Shown: positions 40,501 to 50,957 of the stretch, in pieces
How the letters are laid out: every line of letters begins with the position of its first letter
Position numbering within the stretch: the stretch's first letter is position 1
DNA from: Eledone cirrhosa
Taxonomy: Eukaryota
DNA length: 64,000 nucleotides
Assembly (NCBI GenBank): GCA_964016885.1
Contig: OZ024750.1
Location: forward strand, 62,001-126,000
Direction of reading: 5' to 3'
Notes under the pieces: model-generated
Databases searched by the model: none
The model's input: only the letters and a program-made list of their open reading frames with translations
What the model was told of the DNA's origin: nothing
Made by a program: the position numbers and the translations under genes

Positions 40501-43500
40501 AATTCGTTCCAAACACCAGCTGAATGATAATGTGAGTAATATTACTAAATTTTTCCAAATTGAATAACCTACAAATTTATGATTTATTTAATGAAGACAT
40601 TAAGTTATATTTTGTGTGATAATATAACCTAAGCCCTCAATAAACTGCAGAGACAGAATTGGATATTATAAAATAACAAAACATGAGAAGAAACTATCTA
40701 CAATAAAATCTCATAAAAATTCATGTAGAAGTCATTACAAAAGATATACAGGGTGTATCAAAAAGAATTACCAGACATATTCACTTGAGTATGGGATGAG
40801 TTTGACTAACATGTAGGATATATGCCGTGTGTCCAGAGGAGGGTATATTGAACATTTGTAAAAATTGTAAATAAATTTTATAATCAGACATGTATTGTAC
40901 AAGTTACCACATGATTATATGTTCATTTATTTTTAAAATATAGATGTTTGAAATCAGATGATTCTTTTTGATACAGCCTATGTTATAAAAACACAAAAAC
41001 AATTTTACCTCTGATAGCTTGTCTTTGACATCTTCCAACTTTTTCTTGATAGCTGCAGAACTTTTGAGGGTTTCAGCTTCAATATTTTCCTGAAATAAAG
41101 AGTTTAATATTAATAAATATAGCATATTCAGTGAGTCATGGTTAGATGAGTTGATAGTTCTATTGTCTAAACGGTAAATTAGTGTCATACTTTACCTATC
41201 ATCAATACTATTTAATGTCTATTTTCCATATTTGTATGGGTTACATGGATTGTCACGTGGTGTGACAAGTCAGGTCAGGTGACCATGTCTTACTCATACA
41301 GAACTGTTTCTGGCTTGGTTTCTACAGTTGGATGCCTGTTGTAATATCAACTGTATTATAGTGTGAACTGGGTGCTTATGTTGTGTCACCAGCACACTAC
41401 CTTACAGGGTAGACTGATACAAATAATGATTTCTGATTTAGGCACAAGGCCAACAATTTTGGGGATGGGGAGGTTAAAGTCGATTAAATCAACCCCAGTG
41501 CATTACTGCTACTTTATTTCATCGACTTCCGTAGGGATGAAAGGCAAAACTAACCTCGGTGGGATTTGAACTCAGAACATAAAGGGCCGTAACTATATGC
41601 CACAAGGCATATTGCCCGACATTCTACTGATATTGCCAATCTACTAATATAAATAATAATAATAATGGGTGCAGGTGGGGTGGGGGAGACCTCACATGTA
41701 AATGAAAAATAGACGATAGAACTCCAAAATCAAATATATCAAGAATGAAAAATAAATAAACATAAACCAGATAATAAATAAAACCATAAAGTTAATGAGA
41801 TAAAACAAAGAATATACTTACAAATTTTTGTCTGGCTTTTTGAATGGCATCTGATTGTTCTAATTTATTTCTCTCTTCTCGGAATTTTTTTAAATTTTCC
41901 TAATCAAAATTGTAAATGAAAATATTTAAGAATCTGTAAAAAGAAAGTATAACAATCTAACTACTGCTACAACTTATTTATGAATATATACAGTAATTTT
42001 TTTGTTTCTTTGATTATTTCTTTAATAAAAACATTTAGTTAACCAACCTTCATTTCTTTGTTCTGGGCCATTTCTTGTTTAATATTATCAATCAAATCTA
42101 TGAAAAAGTTCTTTTTTTGTGACATGAACCGAAGTTGAGAGTGGAAAGGAAAGGAACTATCATTATTCAAAAGAGAGTAAGCTTTACTTCTGTGGAGATT
42201 AGACAAGAAAGGAGACAGCATTTTGGTTCCTAAACTGTGGTATTTGGCTGTATGAGGTAAATGATAGTGAGAAATCTGAAATGATAAAAGGAGATAATAC
42301 AATGAAATATGTTACATGAATATAAATACAACACATTTGAACATATGTAGATTTAGCATCTAGAGAAGTGTTGAGTAAGCCATGTTTACTGTTGTGGTTT
42401 AAACCCAGGTCAGCTCCAATTCAGCAGACCTATATGTAGATTTAGCATCTAGAGAAGTGTTTAGTAAGCTATTGTTTACTGTTGTTGTTGTTGTTGTTGT
42501 GGTGGTGGTTTAAACCCAGGTCAGCTCTGAATCAGCAAAAACATTTTTTTAAGGTATCACGTATCTAGGTTCCAATTGTCATGGTTTACTCCCTTCTGAG
42601 CCCTCTTTGGGGTCTTGGGATATGAGTATATGGTTAGAATGTCTCAGGAAAGAAACGCCAGACAAAAACAACTGGCAGGAGACCCAAGTGTAAACCTCGA
42701 ACAAGATAACATTCACAAGATTAGCTCATCTCGCTTGGGGATCCAGCTGGATCAATTGGAGATGGTTGTTTCTGACAGAACCTGCTGGAAGGAGTGTTTG
42801 AGGACCCTGGCACCATGACCTTCCCCACTAGGAATATGTGAACGAAGAAGATGTATTTAGTATATTAGACAATGTAATCTTAGGTATAATTTTTCAAGAT
42901 TGTAGGGTATGATTTGAGGGAAATTTGCCTGCTATTTCTATTAGCTACTACCTCTGTTCACAACACAGTTTCTCCTTATGAATGAAAGGACAGATGTATG
43001 ACGCTGATGTGTGATGCTGCGTGGTAGTGAAACATGGGCAGTGAGTGCAGGATATGTGTAGGTTTGAGAGAAATGAAGCAAGCATACTTTGAATGTGCAA
43101 TGTTATTGTGTGTGAATGACAAAGCATAGGTGAAATGAGAAAGAAAAACTGGGTCTAAGAGGAATCAAATGTAGTGTGCAGGAGAGAAGACTGCATTGGT
43201 ATTGACATGTGATGCACATAGATGATGATTGCTGGGTGAAGAAGTGCCAGGAAATCTCAGTGGAAGGAAGCCGCAGTAGAGGAAGCATGAAACAGTGGAT
43301 GTAAAATGATGATAATAATTGTTTCTACGTTAGGCACAAGGCCAGCAATTATCCAGTGCATTACTGGTACTTTATTTTATCAACCCCGTAAGGATGAAAG
43401 GCAAAGTTAACCTTGGCGGGATTTGAACTCAGACTGGAAAGGGCTGTAACTCTATACGTCAAAGCATGGCGTCTGACCCTCTACCAATACTGCCAAGATG

Positions 43501-46500
43501 ATAATAATGATGATGACATATCTCTATAGTGCAAAGATGATGATGATGATGATGATGACATTGTCTCATGATTGAGTGAAGGTTTGGTTAAAGAGGCAAG
43601 TAAATGTGAATAAGCCTGAATGTAGATAAACAGGAGAAGAATGAACGACCAAGTAAAAGGATGGAAATAGAGAAGAGAAGTGCTGAAAGACAGGAAAACC
43701 TCTGAAGAGATGAGTGAAAGGATAAGCAAGCAAGGACTCTGAAGAGAGAAAGGACAAGAAAATAAAACATACCTGTGATGTAGAAGAAACTAATTCTGCA
43801 GGAAAGTGAGAAACACGTTCAGTTGGTCGGCCATTAGACTGACTCAGTTGATTTGTAATGCATACATGCCTGCAAGCCAGCTGTCGTGATGTGTGGAGAT
43901 GTAATTTCTAGAATTCAGGAATTATGACAGTATAAATACATAAATCAAAATAAAATATATGCTGTCTGTTAAAGGAAATGGTAAAATTTCAAATAAATAA
44001 TATGCTGGAGTATAGGAGGCAGAGGGTAGGCATCATACAAGCTGTTAAAATACTAAAAGAATTTGATAAAGTGCAGTACACTAGGTGTCCCATCTGCGGC
44101 AATGCACTGTTCAGAGTGACACTCAGCAGGACTACCTGAAGACACAATCGAACGCTCCAGGTGTAACAAAGTCCTAGGAACCACTTCTGCACGTGCCATC
44201 AACCACTGGAACAACCTCAAACAGTTGTCGCACCCTCAGCAAACATTTTCAAGTCAAGTCTTAAGGAGTGGACCAACCACCTGCTCAAGTTTAACTATCA
44301 ATTCTGGTATTGATGCCTATCTGGGAGGCATCGATAAGTGATGCTCGATACTCAGAAGAGGATCATCTCTACCTTGGTATGAGTCTAATTACCATTACCG
44401 GGTAGCAAATGACCACACTTAAGATATATAAATAACTCCATATTTTACCATCAGTAATTTTAGTAACCATTCATCATCATCATAATCACCATTTAACATT
44501 TATTTTTCATGGGTTAGATGGGTTGTCAAGTACTGAGGTTTGACTGGTCAAATGACTACCGCCTGTTTGTATGCTCTGTTTTGGGCTTGAATATGAGCGA
44601 ATATATAAATACAACATGCATTATGTATAGTAGAAAATATAAAAATATTTCTAGAATCTTTCATCGTATTTTATCAGCAATATTTCAAGTGTTCTTCATT
44701 TCTTTATTTTTCTTTTCGTTTTTTAATAAAAAAGAAATGAACTGATTCCCTAAGTAATACACCCAGTACACTCTGTCAGGTGGTTGGTGATAGGATGGCC
44801 ATCCTGTTGTAGAATCCATACCAAAAGAGTCAAGAGGATGCTTTAATTCTCAGGAGCATGATAGCCTCCCTATCATGCTCCTGAGAATTAAATTCTGGGT
44901 GTTTATTATGTCTATCGACATAATAAACACCCAGTAGACTCTATGAAGTGGTTGGTGATAGGAAGGGCATGCACTCATAGAAACCAAGCCAAAATCAGAA
45001 CGTAAGAACAGGACATGGTCACTCGACTTGCCTGGCCTCATAACATGACATGCAAACATGGAAAATAGACGGTAAACGGTGAGGATGAATGTTGTTATAT
45101 TAGTAGTTAATGATGGACGAGTTCTCTCCCTTATTTAAACTGGATGTGCTACATACATTATTCATGTTACGAACTTCTCATCGTAAATTCTTACTAAAGA
45201 TTCTAACCTTTTCCCTCATAACTAGTGCTTTGCGACTAACATTGTTAGGTGATTTGAATCTTTATAAGTGAATTGTAGTTAAATATTTGTCAGAAATACA
45301 GTGCAGTACCAACGGCAAGTAACAAAACCAACTACAGTCTGGTTTACAAACTGAAACATAAAAATAACTAATTGGAAATAATAATAATAATAAAATATTG
45401 TGTACAGTGCTCAGGTGCACTACAACTCATCAAAAAGTGTATGTATAGTACATAGGGTAATGTACAAATGTCAGGAAAATGAACAGTGCATGAGTCATGA
45501 TACACACATGTGTGCATGTGTATGGAAGGGGTACATCAGGTGTAGTTTTGGCGTATTTCGGGAAGCATGAGGGTCTTAAAGGATGCAGTGTCTCGGCAGC
45601 TAACAACTGACGCAGGCAGTTTGTTTCATGCTTCAGCAACTCTGAGCGTGAAAAAATGTTTACGAAAGTCAGGGGAGCCGTGCTGTTTTCTGATTTTGTA
45701 GGCATGTATTTAAAAACATTGGATGTAATTTTAATAACGTGTCTTGTAAGTATTTTAAATAAAAAATGAGAAGTTTATGCTTTGAAACAAATATTTCAAA
45801 ACAAATAGTTAGATGTTACGGTTCATTTTGATTTTTGCACGTGAGCTAATGTGCATGTAATAATTGTTTCTACTTTTGGCACAAGGCCAACACTTACCCA
45901 GTGCATTACTGGTACTTTATTTTATCGACCCCGTAAGGATGAAAGCAAAGTTAACCTCGACGGGATTTGAACTCAGAATGGAAAGCGCCGTAACTCTATG
46001 CGTCAAAGCATGGCGTCCGACCCTCTACTGATACTGCCAATCCACCGCCCTTGTGCATGTAATAATATTCGATATAATTGAGCATAATTTATGATCTTTG
46101 GAATTTGGTTATGTTAGGGTTTAGTGGGTTAGGATTGGGTTTAAGTTAAGGGATGGTTACAGTTGGAAAGCTGTACTTGTATAGAAAATCCAATCTTTGC
46201 GCATGACTCGGGCGTATTCTTCAAAATAAATATGAATCGAACTGTCTACTTGTTTTGAAATTAATGAGTAAGTGGCTAAACATTCCACAGACACGTGTAC
46301 CATTAACGTAATTCTATGACAGAGAGAGTGACAAAGCTGCTCCTCTGAATGACAGGTACAGTCCATCCGACGGGCTTCCATAGTTTCCGTCTACCCAATT
46401 TCACAGACATGGCATGTAGTAAAATCGACTCTGGCACCTAATAGTTGCAAAAAGAACACTTTAACCATTAACCCAAACACCCCAAAAAAAACAATGGTAA

Positions 46501-47185
46501 TATTTGCCTCTTCACAACATCAAGATGTTCTTTTGGATAACTGCAACCTTCTAGAAGTCACCCCCACCACCACCACACCTACTAGAGAGTTTCCCTACAG
46601 AAGTTCATCCTGGACATTAACAACCTTCATCTCTCTAATCTGAGAGAACTAACAGGGGTTATGTGGACCAATACTTTACAGATGGAATATTTATTTTATA
46701 TCCCTTAAACTCCTGTACATTGTCATTCTAATGGTACACAGTGTTTATGTAGAGAAAAGCGAAAATTGGTAAAAAAAATATCTCGCATGACTGGTGATTA
46801 AACAACAATTTTGAACATGGTATATAAAAATTCTAATATCTAAGATCTCATCGGAATCCTGACAAAGATAAAGATATATATATATATATATTATATATAT
46901 TCAGAGGTAACAATCTCCTAGAAAGTTTGACCTTCAGCGACCAATTTATCAAATTTATTTGTGTTGAATTAGAAAAATCAACAGAAAGAAAACTACAGTA
47001 GTGAAACGTTTTGCAAAGACTTTGGGTCTTCTAAAATGAATATATTAAAAGTAAGAAGATCTTATATAAATTTATAAATATTAGTAACACGCGATTCTCA
47101 GCAATCTTTCCTTCTATAAGAGAACACAATGAAACAGACACATTAGTTATTGGCACGATGAGATTGATTAATAAAAGCTGTATAG

Positions 47186-47236
<51 letters not shown>

Positions 47237-47497
47237 CGTGTATATAAATTATACGGTAAAAATATATAAAGATCGTCTTGTGGGGGAAATAAAGGCGGCG
47301 CTGATTATTTACTATAGTGTATGTTACATACGATTTGCAGGTGCACACTTACATACAATAAATAATTCTTTCATAAATCGCAGACACAAACTAAATATCA
47401 CATTAAGGAGATTTATGTCGAATAATTAAATTTAAAAAAATACTATATATACCTGAAGTTTATTCAGTTTAGCCGATTTTGTCAGTGAAGAAGCCAT
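22437..47497 (-). CDS. TIMM44: Mitochondrial import inner membrane translocase subunit TIM44, 15 coding exons, about 510 aa (spliced gene span)
   Basis: Manually joined exons (minus): 47453-47497, 43773-43907, 42048-42275, 41822-41899, 41009-41089, 39688-39837, 34560-34629, 34319-34388, 32779-32864, 27723-27815, 26917-27041, 25538-25588, 24853-24942, 23887-23997, 22437-22556. All have GT..AG boundaries and compatible phases. The peptide has Tim44 hallmark segments: GVVLHKDSRW, KYDESDN, DPTFDKETFL..CE..IIPNILEAM..GDLEILKDWCYEA, GKMMEQGPVL, YVWALCRDQEELDP.AAW.L.DIS. Confidence 0.95.
23887..23997 (-). CDS. TIMM44: TIMM44 coding exon 14
   Basis: IAAGKMMEQGPVLIISFNSQQIMAVRNGQGSIVEGNP; CAG acceptor, GTAAGT donor. 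Confidence 0.95.
24853..24942 (-). CDS. TIMM44: TIMM44 coding exon 13
   Basis: PYNTLAHPIRQAYAAGYRFDSRVLDINNID; TAG acceptor, GTAAGT donor. Confidence 0.95.
25538..25588 (-). CDS. TIMM44: TIMM44 coding exon 12
   Basis: AMIRGDLEILKDWCYEA; CAG acceptor, GTGAGT donor. Confidence 0.95.
26095..26432 (+). mobile_element. RTE subfamily A 3' UTR fragment in TIMM44 intron 11
   Basis: Reverse complement of 13143-13485; GAT tail. Confidence 0.88.
26917..27041 (-). CDS. TIMM44: TIMM44 coding exon 11
   Basis: (G)SMFSKTEMSEVLTEICRIDPTFDKETFLKNCEREIIPNILE, phase 1-0. Confidence 0.95.
27132..27330. mobile_element. Mariner-like MITE
   Basis: TIRs CGAGGGTCAACTGAAAAGTT / AACTTTTCAGCCAACTCTCG flanked by TA; relatives at about 49388-49528, 56570-56645, 56770-56910. 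Confidence 0.78.
27723..27815 (-). CDS. TIMM44: TIMM44 coding exon 10
   Basis: (K)LFDLKMKYDESDNVVVRATRVFTDKVGMVF, phase 1-1. Confidence 0.95.
28277..31800 (-). mobile_element. Near full-length RTE LINE, subfamily B, frameshifted, in TIMM44 intron 9 (sense orientation)
   Basis: EN fragments 31267-31575 and 30738-31334, RT 29635-30561 and 28778-29563, 3' UTR and (GAT)n tail at about 28277-28305; 5' limit approximate. Confidence 0.93.
32779..32864 (-). CDS. TIMM44: TIMM44 coding exon 9
   Basis: DATGVVLHKDSRWFQSWQNFKDNNQYVH, phase 2-1. Confidence 0.95.
33847..34213 (+). mobile_element. Short non-autonomous Helitron
   Basis: A|TCTATACTATAATAAAAG...GTCTGTCTGTC ... GGGCTACAACTAG|T. Confidence 0.7.
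34319..34388 (-). CDS. TIMM44: TIMM44 coding exon 8
   Basis: (V)TLRKRSEKSSKKDPTEKMVEAN(E), phase 1-2, GTAAGT donor. Confidence 0.92.
34560..34629 (-). CDS. TIMM44: TIMM44 coding exon 7
   Basis: GVKAVKKEIEETTLSRARTYRAP, phase 0-1. Confidence 0.92.
35430..38330 (+). mobile_element. 5'-truncated, internally rearranged RTE LINE subfamily A in TIMM44 intron 6 (antisense)
   Basis: RT fragments near-identical to the 13644-15491 protein; two copies of the 3' end (36631-37070, 37820-38330). Confidence 0.92.
38672..39503 (-). mobile_element. Non-autonomous Helitron (same family as 50319-50957)
   Basis: A|TCTATATATATAAAACTGAGG 5' end, CTAG|T 3' end, internal TTTTCACCTAATGCGGGCCCTAGG repeats. Confidence 0.85.
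39688..39837 (-). CDS. TIMM44: TIMM44 coding exon 6
   Basis: TIEEVQKTEFAKKG...TSTFKNISE, 150 nt; AG acceptor, GTATGT donor. Confidence 0.92.
40749..40980. mobile_element. Tc1/mariner-like MITE
   Basis: TIRs CAGGGTGTATCAAAAAGAAT / ATTCTTTTTGATACAGCCTA, preceded by TA. Confidence 0.65.
41009..41089 (-). CDS. TIMM44: TIMM44 coding exon 5
   Basis: ENIEAETLKSSAAIKKKLEDVKDKLSE; TTTCAG acceptor, GTAAAA donor. Confidence 0.92.
41822..41899 (-). CDS. TIMM44: TIMM44 coding exon 4
   Basis: ENLKKFREERNKLEQSDAIQKARQKF; AG acceptor and GTAAGT donor. Confidence 0.93.
42048..42275 (-). CDS. TIMM44: TIMM44 coding exon 3
   Basis: TTTCAG acceptor, AAG|GTTGGT donor; ends ...KNFFIDLIDNIKQEMAQNKEMK. Confidence 0.9.
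42343..42537. repeat. About 90-bp tandem duplication
   Basis: ATATGTAGATTTAGCATCTAGAGAAGTG...AAACCCAGGTCAGCTC twice. Confidence 0.85.
42965..43312 (+). mobile_element. Degenerate RTE 3' fragment
   Basis: MKGQMYDA..GSETW..ERNEAS..RRLHWY remnants. Confidence 0.75.
43773..43907 (-). CDS. TIMM44: TIMM44 coding exon 2 (KLHLHTSRQ...VSSTSQ)
   Basis: TAG acceptor, CAG|GTATGT donor, 135 nt open phase 0-0; low-conservation N-terminal region. Confidence 0.65.
44030..44400 (+). mobile_element. CR1/L2-like LINE 3' remnant
   Basis: Degenerate 'AINHWNNL' C-terminal motif. Confidence 0.45.
45375..45705 (-). mobile_element. CR1-like LINE 3' end
   Basis: Minus frame reads RKHFFTLRVAEA*NKLPASVVSCRDTASFKT (CR1 C-terminal WNxLP motif with a stop). 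Confidence 0.65.
45865..46051 (-). mobile_element. tRNA-derived SINE family 2 (Meta/MESC-like central domain) with 15-bp TSD
   Basis: A box TGGCAGTATCAG, B box GAGTTCAAATCC, central CTTTCATCCTTACGGGGTCGATAAAATAAAGTACCAG; TSD TGTGCATGTAATAAT at 45850-45864 and 46052-46066. Further copies at about 21110-21286, 41425-41645, 43318-43496, 55354-55540 (minus) and 6665-6790, 27525-27665, 39898-40050 (plus). Confidence 0.82.
47453..47497 (-). CDS. TIMM44: TIMM44 coding exon 1 (MASSLTKSAKLNKLQ)
   Basis: ATG at 47497, donor CAG|GTATAT, basic/Ser-rich presequence-like peptide, next to CpG-containing promoter-like motifs. Confidence 0.75.
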
Positions 47498-47600
47498 TTT
47501 AAGCCCGGCTCTATTAACGATATCACTGTTGCTTTTTACGTCACTTCCGCAATTGTATACAAGAAACAAGCCACGTGTTTTTAGCAAAAGAAAGCAACGT
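47490..47600 (-). promoter_or_regulatory. Putative TIMM44 core promoter / 5' UTR
   Basis: YY1-like AAAATGGC overlapping the start codon, ETS/GABP-like CACTTCCG (about 47542-47549), ACGTCA half-CRE and CACGTG E-box in a locally CpG-rich patch; motif-level inference only. Confidence 0.45.
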
Positions 47601-50212
47601 CCTTTAAATTGATTATATAACTTCATATATTATATTTAGTTACATCAATTTATCTGTTAACATGCAATAAGTGACTTTTATTGAGTCATTATTGAAAAGT
47701 ATATAACATTGCTTATAGTCTTCTATGTTTAACCGTTTACAGTAGATTGTTGTCTGCTAGTTGACTACACCTGAAAACACATTTCAGCTCTTCATTCTGA
47801 GGAACTGCTTCGCCCTCACCAAACTCCACTTTACGCACCGCAGTGTGCCTTGTCCTCCTCGAGTGGAAAACTTCAGCAAACGTGACACAACCACCATCCT
47901 TACTGCAATACAACCACCCTCACTGTAACACCGCCATCCCCACTGCCCCAAACGTGACACAACCATCTTCACTGCACTAAACTTTCTTGCAATGTAAGTT
48001 TCAACAACACTACCAGGGGACCCCCCCCCCCCCTCGTGACGTTCAATAACATAGCTCTCAGCTGAACATCGGACGTCGCACTGCCAGTCTACTTGTCATC
48101 TATCTTCTCCAGCTTCACCCTCATCAACGAGGTTCTATGCAAGATGTCAGGACCCAATATGGTCTGGGATCTCAAGTCAGCTCTGGTTATTGGGGTTGAC
48201 AATAACTTCACTGGAGGGTACCAATGACATTGAATTTAATTAAACCTGCATGAGGATAAAGTCTTCATTCAAACAACACTGTCTTCCTGTCTCCAGTTTA
48301 CCTCACAGCTAAACAGTAGTGGCTGGATCAATTCAGTGCCCTCTTTATCAACTAGTAAGCTTTTTGATGGTCTTTATATCTATATCAGAGTGGCCCTGCA
48401 CTTTAGCCCTCACATGGGTGAGCCACACAAATTCTGTTGTGGGGACGTGATTGACAGGTTCAGACAAAAAGAGGGGCTGAACTATCAACTGATCAACAAC
48501 TAGTTATCTGCAACCTGAGATTACCTACAGCCAAAAAAATCCACAGACTTCCTGGTCCAGCTCAACCTACAGGATAAAGTGGGAAGCACTGGCAGATGAT
48601 ATGAACAGGTTTGTGGATACTATAGCATCCAGATTCAGAGAACTCCCTGAACAAAATGAGGAGGTTGAAATATAGTGGAGACTGTTCAGCTCAGCAGTTA
48701 CTGCTTTAGCTGTTAAATGTTGAAGGCGAAAGCAACTTGATGTGACAGGAGGATCCATTGATTCAATCAGGAGGTTAAAGATGCTATCTGGGCAAAGGAG
48801 GCTTACAAAGCTTGACTTGGAAATAAATCCTCCTTCTTTCATTTGCGGTACAAATGAAATGTCACATCTCGCCCAATATTTTACAGCTGATCGTCTAGGG
48901 CTGCTTATTCGTCCAGCAGGTGCGCGTTTATATCGCAACTAGTCAACATATCTAGTGGCCGTATCGCTATCTGCCAGTTGTGACCCGCTGTCTCGCCGAT
49001 AAGCAAGAAAATACAAGACGTAACTAAGCGATATAGCAAATCTTTTTTAATCAAATAAGGGTATGATTCTTTCTTTATTAAAATTGTGACAGAATTAAAA
49101 ATTTGAATTGTACTTATTTATGTAATACTAATTACTATATTATCAATTATCTATAAGTTATTTTCTTTTGAAGTTTTCGATTAGTTACCACAAGTAAACA
49201 ATACAGTGTTATAAACCTGGACGACTCTTCATTTGGCTCCTGATTTGAAATTTATCTAGGTATTTTTATATTATTATTATTTCACGTAATCTTTAACTAT
49301 ATTATTAAGTCTTTCGTTAAATCGCAATTCTACATTGTAATACACCCAGAATAGTTTTTTAAGCGGATGTTCGACAGACTCACTGAATACGAGGGTAGGC
49401 AGACTATGAAGGAGTAATGCATTCATTTCAACTCTTTTCAGTAATAACTGCATTGTTTATTTCCAGGGACTATGTTGAAAAATTAAACCTCATTTGGCCA
49501 GTCTATGAATTTTTCAGCCGATTGTACGATTATTTACTTGAAATGTTTAAATAAGAACAAAACAAATGGTTTTTGTGTAATTTTAGTATCATATAACAAA
49601 TATATAAGATTAAATAGAAGTACATACATGTAATCAATTAGGAACCTTCTAAATATAATACACAAAAATATAAAATCAAAGCGAAAAAAAAAATGGTCTT
49701 TTAAAACTCAAACCAAAACTTCTAAAAACCCCGAACGAAATATAAAGAGTGAAAAAAATAAACCATTTCCTTGTCTGTCAAAATTGAACACACACACACA
49801 CATATATGTATCTATTACTTAATTACACTAAATATAGAACCAAAACTAAAGAAAATACTGTCAATGTTTTCCTTTAGCTGATATTATTCTGCTGTTATAA
49901 TTGATAAGAACCAAACACTTGTTCGATATGCCAGAACGAGCTACTACATTTTACTCTCCAACTACATTTTAAAGTGACATATTACATGGTATAGTGTGGA
50001 GTACCCCATGCCAGGTGATCTTAGCTTGAATGCTTTTCATTGTATGTGGTAAGTCAGTTTTATCAGAGTTGAGTCGACAGCAACTGGCAAGAATCTTCCT
50101 TTAAAAATGTAAAGATTTCTTTACACACACATTTATAGTATATTATTATATATAAAGTAAGTAGGATCGAAGTCAGTGTTGCAGCAGATATATAAAGTTT
50201 ATATATCTGCTG

Positions 50213-50294
50213 CTTATTACAATTGTTTCAATATCAACCAGCTCGGGGTACAATCATAATGACCGGGACCTGACTTTGCCTTTCCTCAGATATG
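50213..50294 (-). ncRNA. Type I hammerhead ribozyme-like motif
   Basis: Minus: CAUAU-CUGAGGA-[stem II]-GAAA-CAAUUG-UA-AUAAG; palindromic stem III loop. Confidence 0.6.
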
Positions 50295-50318
50295 TGAGTT
50301 TATATGGACAAAGACACA

Positions 50319-50957
50319 TCTATATATATAAAACTGAGGGTGTGTGTGTGTCTGAGTTTGAATCCCTAAAACTCGAGAAGTACCCAACCGATTTTTTTCA
50401 AACTTTACATGTATATTACTTATGTTCCAGGGAGTGTTATGCACATAAAAAAATTCAACCTTTTGACACCTAGGGCCCGCATTAGGTGAAAAACTGCGTT
50501 TTTTTTTCAGCTTTGGGTTTTTTTTTAAAGGCGTTACGTCAGACCGATTTCCTTGAAATTGTAACTATGTATTAGTCAGTCTCTTCTTCATACCGTGAGC
50601 AAAGAAAATCAAACTTTTTTATGGCCTAGGGCCTGCGTTAGGTGAAAAACTTCATTTTTTTTCAGCTTTTTAGGGCTTTTTTTGAGGCGTTACGTCTAGC
50701 CGATTTTCCCGAAATTTCAAGGCATATTATGCACATTAAAAAAAATCATTTTCTTGATCCCCTAGGGCCCGCATTAGGTGAAAACCTGCATTTTTCCTGT
50801 TTCATCGAGGAAAATCTTAAAGATTATCCACCCATCATAGTATTCGGTTTATTTTCTTTACATATTGCCCAGGTATGCAGTTTTTCCACGATTAGGTCTG
50901 TTGGCGGCCTGCGTTCCAAAATGTCTTATCCCAAGCAACGCCAGGTACCACTGCTAG
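50319..50957 (+). mobile_element. Non-autonomous Helitron
   Basis: A|TCTATATATATAAAACTGAGG ... CCCAAGCAACGCCAGG ... CTGCTAG|T. Confidence 0.88.

Noticed and set aside
46108-46158. TTAGGG-like degenerate repeats (also 1630-1685)
   Set aside because: Too short and degenerate to call interstitial telomere.
48567-48938. 123-aa ORF between the two genes
   Set aside because: No recognisable domain; overlaps a degenerate LINE relic on the other strand.
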